Shown here piece after piece: positions 59,715 through 64,000 of a stretch of 64,000 nucleotides of DNA. The notes under the pieces were generated by a model. The model saw only the letters and a program-made list of their open reading frames with translations. It was not told where the DNA came from and made no database searches. Made by a program: the position numbers and the translations under genes. Location: contig NC_057718.1 in assembly GCF_004010195.1 (NCBI RefSeq), positions 97,405,644 through 97,469,643 on the forward strand. The letters run 5' to 3'. Within the stretch, counting starts at the first letter, position 1, and each line of letters begins with the position of its first letter. The DNA comes from Chiloscyllium plagiosum. Lineage: Eukaryota.

Positions 59715-61120
59715 TGATACAGAACTGGCTCAAAGGTAGAAGACAGAGGGTGGTGGTGGAGGGTTGTTTTTCAGACTGGAGGCCTGTGCCACAAAGATTG
59801 GTGCTGGGTCCACTACTTTTCATCATTTATATAAATGATTTGGATGTGAGCATAAGAGGTATAGTTAGTAAGTTTGTAGATGACACCAAAATTGAAAGTA
59901 TATTGGACAGCGAAGAAGGTTACCTCAGATTGCAACGGGATCTTGATCAGATGGGCCAATGGACTGAGGAATGGCAGATGGAGTTTAATTCAGATAAATG
60001 CGAGGTGCTGCATTTTGGGAAAGCAACTCTTTACAGGACTTATGCACTTAATGGTAAGGTCCCAGGGAGTGTTGCTGAACAAAGAGATCTTGGACTGCAG
60101 GTTCATAGCTCCTTGAAAGTAGAGTCACAGGTAGATAGGATAGTGAAGAAGGTGTTTGTTATGATTTCCTTTGTTGGTAGAGTATTGAGTATAGGAGTTG
60201 GGAGGTCATGTTGCGGCTATACAAGACAGTGGTTAGGCCAGTTTTGGAATATTGCATGCAATTCTGGTCTCCTTCCTATCGGAAAGATGTTGTGAAACTT
60301 GAAAGGGTTCAGAAAAGATTTACAAGGATGTTGCCAGGGTTGGAGGATTTGAGCCAAAGTGAGAGGCTGAATAGATTAGATTACTTACAGTGTGGAAACA
60401 GGCCCTTTGGCCCAACAAGTCCACGCCGACCTGCCGAAGCGCAATCCACCCATACCCCTACATTTACCCCTTATCTAACACTACGGGCAATTTAGCATGG
60501 CCAATTCGCATGACCTGCACATCTTTGGACTGTGGGAGGAAAGCGGAGCACCCGGAGAAAACCCACGCAGACATGGGGAGAATGTGCAAACTCCACACAG
60601 TCAGTCACCTGAGGTGGGAATTGAACCCGGGTCTCTGGTGCTGTGAGGCAGCAGTGCTAACCACTGTGCCACCGTGCCGCCCATAGTGCCACCGTGCCAC
60701 CCACAGGCTGGGGCTGTTTTCCCTGGAGCATCAGAGGCTGCGAGGTGACCTTATAGAGGTTTATAAAATCATGAGGGGCATGGATAGGATAAATAGACAA
60801 AGGCTTTTCCCTGGGGTGGGGGAGTCCAGAACTAGAGGGCATAGGTTTAGGGGGAGAGGGGAAAGATATAAAAGAGACCTACGGAGCAACTTTTTCACGC
60901 AGAGGGTGCTACGTGTTGGGAATGAACTGCCAGAGGAAGTGATGGAGGCTGATACAATTGCAACGTTTAAGAAGCATTTGGATGGGTGTATGAATAGGAA
61001 GGGTTTGGAGGGATATGGGCCGGGTGCTGGCAGGTGGGACTAGATTGGGTTGGGATATCTGGACGGGTTGGACCGAAGGATCTGTTTCCGTGCTGTACAT
61101 CTCTGTGACTCTATGACTGT
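59715..61120 (+). mobile_element. CR1/HER1 LINE 3' half with an HE1-type SINE inserted at about 60372-60702 (-)
   Basis: ORFs 59714..60295 (RRQRVVVEG...LGPLLFIIYINDLD...KFVDDTK), 60208..60495 and 60771..61043. LINE sequence split at gctgaatag|aggctggggctg. Confidence 0.93.
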
Positions 61121-61289
61121 AAATGTGCTTTAATCTAAAAATTGAAACTCCGCAGGACATGTTGTTTTGCTAAAATTGCCACAATTCTTTCATTTCAATC
61201 AGATTAACTCCATTGAATATGCAACAGAAAGTGCATGTTGTCCACACCCCATTTATCAGAAAGTGGAAGTATTTCACAATGGTTTATGT

Positions 61290-61575
61290 ACGTCGGTTTG
61301 ATTCCACCCTTGCGTGACTGTCTGTGTGGAGTTTGCACATTCTCCCTGTGTCTGTGTGGGTTTCTTCCAGGTGCTCCAGTTTCCTCCCACAGTCCAAAAA
61401 TGAGCAGGTTAGGGTGGATTAGCCATGCTAAATTACCCATAATGTCCAGGGGTGAGTTAGCCATGGGAAGGGTGGGTTTATGAGGGTAGGGTGAGGGTGT
61501 GTGTCTGGGTGGGATGCTTTTTAGAGGGTCAGTGCGAATGGCCTGTTTCTGCATTTTAGGGATTCTGTGATCCAA
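61290..61575 (+). mobile_element. HE1-type V-SINE (5' truncated)
   Basis: V-domain and tail. Confidence 0.85.
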
Positions 61576-62044
61576 TAATTCTATGAATATGATAACAATA
61601 AAAGCAATTTAGCTGAATAAGAATGATTTTCGTTTTGAGGTAAAGCATATCGTGAATGAGGTCAAAGTCACAACAAGTCTCACTCCGTCACAGGATTTGC
61701 ACATTATTGGCAAGACCAACATCTATTGCTCCCCACTCCCCCCCTCCATAGCACTTGAGAAGATAGTGGTGAGTTCCTTCCTTGTCCTGCTGCAGTCCCT
61801 GTGTGTGTGTAAAGGTGCACGCCCAATGTTCCTAATGTCCTTCAGGGAAGAAAACTACCATCTTTATCCAGCCTGGCCTACATGTGACTCCAGACCAATA
61901 GCATTGTGGTTGACTCTTAACTGCCATCTGGGCAATTAGGGATGGACAATAAATGTTAGCCTAGCCAGTGACATCCACATCCTAGGGGTGAATCAAAAAA
62001 AGCTGTTTGTGGTTAAAAAGAATTAATCGCATTTTCTGAATTGG

Positions 62045-62360
62045 GGAAGCACAGTGGCACAGTGGTTAGCACTGCTGCCTCAGAACACCAGGGACCCTGG
62101 TTTGATTCCAGCCTTTGGCGACTGTGTGGAGTTTGCACATTCCCCCCCCCCCCCCTGCCGTGTCTGTGCAGGTTTCCTCCAGGTGCTCCAGTTCTTTCCC
62201 ACAGTCCAAAGATGTGCAGGTTAGGGTGAATTGGCCATGCTAAATTACCCGTAGTGTTAGGTGCATTAGTCAGAGGGAAATGGGTCTGGGTGGGTTACTC
62301 TTCAGAGGGTTGGTGTGGACTGGTTGGGCCAAATGGCCTGTTTCCACACTGTAGGGAATC
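62045..62360 (+). mobile_element. HE1-type V-SINE
   Basis: gtggcacagtggttagcactgctgcctcag...gtgtggagtttgcacattcc...tggcctgtttccacactgtaggga. Confidence 0.88.
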
Positions 62361-63520
62361 AAATTTTAAAAAATGTAGAGTCTCAGCAATCAAGTAGATG
62401 AACCCAGATTGCTCAGGACCAAGATGGAAGGAAATTGCATCACTAAAAGCGATTGTGAATCTTTGGAGTTCCCTCCCCAGAGTGCTGTGGATTCTCCATG
62501 TTGAATATGGGGTCCAGGTTTCTCAGGGTTAGAGATATTGGAAGCAAGTGAGCAGATAGAATTTAAACCCAAAATCAACTCTTGGTTAATGGAGCGATGG
62601 TCTACTTCTGTTCCTGTTTCTTATGTTCTAAGCTGTTGGGGGGAAACGCAAGGAAGAAAATCAGGGACAATTATGACTGCAGCAGATAAGACTGACTAGC
62701 GAAGGTCAACATCAGTATGGGGTGTCTAAAACACATTTGATAAAGATGATTAGGTGGGTGTTCAAGTTTATTGCATTCATGTGTTTTTTTTAAGTAAAAT
62801 GTTTCTGTTTCTCTCGACCACCTGAACATTTAGATTGTGACAAAGCCTCATTATTTCCTTTTAATTGTTGAGTTCCGGTTAAGGTGCACTTCTTGGAAAA
62901 TCACAAAGCAAGGCAAACTGTTAGGTGAAGCAGATAGTTTCAATACTAATTTAATGCAGACCCATCCAGTGCCATACTGTCTGTCGATTGTCTGTCTCTA
63001 TGTATTTAAATAACAGCTGCCTCACTCAAAGCTGGTAAAGAGGGAGTGAGTGACTGACCCAGTGACACTCTAACTGTAAATAAAGATCTTTGTGAAGAGA
63101 TCTGATTGTGTTTCACTTCGGTGAAACTCAAGGGTAAAACAACTCTTGACGACAATATACAAAATAAATAATGCATGCCATAATATTTGCCGTGCATTAC
63201 ATGGCCACTGTACACATCCCAGTGTCCAAGTTTGAATTTGTGTGTGATATATTGGCGTTATTACATATAACTGAATTCAGTATACATTTGGAAAGGCAAA
63301 TTCACCCAAGAACCCTTTATATAAGCCAATTCAGAAGTCAGTATTTGGATATAAAACTGAAAAATGTGGCAATACAAAATTAGTTCATTCTGCATTGTTT
63401 GTGGAATTCTGTCATGGATGGTTTTTGGATTTTATTTAATATATAGGTGTCAAAGAAATGTTTAGCACCAGCAGGAAGTAGATCCATTCTATCAAATAAC
63501 TGTTGCCCGTGTTTTTATAG

Positions 63521-63574
63521 GTACACCAAACTCAAGCTCCAGACAAACCAAGATACCCGGATCCCTGTTAAAAA
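63521..63574 (+). CDS. PLCB1: Phospholipase C beta 1 coding exon (human exon 6 equivalent), first EF-hand region
   Basis: Acceptor gtgtttttatag, donor AA|gtaagt, 54 nt, phase 2-2. Translates (V)YTKLKLQTNQDTRIPVK, versus recalled human AYTKLKLQVTPEGRIPLKN. Phase joins the previous exon (GT+G = Val). Confidence 0.93.
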
Positions 63575-63759
63575 GTAAGTGCTTTCTCATCATCGATGGA
63601 CCATTTTGTAATCCTACCATCTGCATCGACATTAGCGTAGCAGAAACTGGTCATTATGTTCACTCGTTTTTTCAGTTGGAATCATGAGACTGAGCAGGAA
63701 GATCCCAGGCTGCACTAGGCGACTGTTTACGGTCTGGTCAGACAGCAGGAAAGATTAGA

Positions 63760-64000
63760 GGCATATGGCCAAATGCAGGCAAATGGGACTAATTCTGTTT
63801 GGGAAATCTGGTCGGCATGGATGGGTTGGACCGAACGGTCTATTTCCGTGCTATGTGACTCTGTGTGATCACACTTGGCAGGAGATAAAGGGGTTTCATG
63901 AGGCTGTTAACTGGAATGGAAGTTTTAGCAATCACAAATATTTGGATCAGCTAAAGTTGCTTTCTTACTTTGGGGAGATCTAATGAAGATGTATAAAATA
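63760..64000 (+). mobile_element. CR1 3' fragments
   Basis: tatggccaaatgcaggcaaatgggacta...ggaccgaacggtctatttccgtgctatgtgactct tail, then ggggagatctaatgaagatgtataaaat (GDL..YK-like). Confidence 0.7.

Larger units (their letters stand above)
1..64000 (+). other. PLCB1: Internal segment of a phospholipase C beta gene locus (intron 3 to intron 6 by human PLCB1 numbering)
   Basis: Three spliceable PLC-beta exons in the correct order and phase on the + strand. No upstream or downstream PLCB exons recognised in the window, so both flanks are inferred to be intronic. Confidence 0.85.

Overview
Repeat-rich vertebrate DNA. The repeat repertoire (HE1-type V-SINEs, HER1/CR1 LINEs, Deu-domain SINEs, Penelope-like elements) points to a cartilaginous fish, probably a shark. 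The window lies inside a + strand phospholipase C beta gene, most likely PLCB1. Three phase-consistent coding exons are present: 36564-36704, 50894-50973 and 63521-63574, equivalent to human exons 4-6 (end of the PH domain and start of the EF-hand region). Spliced they give [91 protein letters not shown]. The rest is intron, largely filled with decayed or nested retroelements, plus three N gaps that all fall inside young elements. Most notable observations: (i) several families of Penelope-derived minimal hammerhead-ribozyme motifs on both strands, often in fold-back mini-insertions with 13-15 bp target-site duplications; (ii) a Gypsy element with gag and integrase but no protease/RT/RNaseH, whose two LTRs differ by a flipped 15-bp hairpin loop; (iii) a SINE whose 52-53 bp internal unit has expanded to about 20 copies; (iv) an orphan gag fragment captured in a LINE; (v) a SINE-derived, in-frame 36-nt candidate cassette exon. 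Repeat boundaries are read by eye and approximate, and family names come from recalled consensus motifs rather than a database search.
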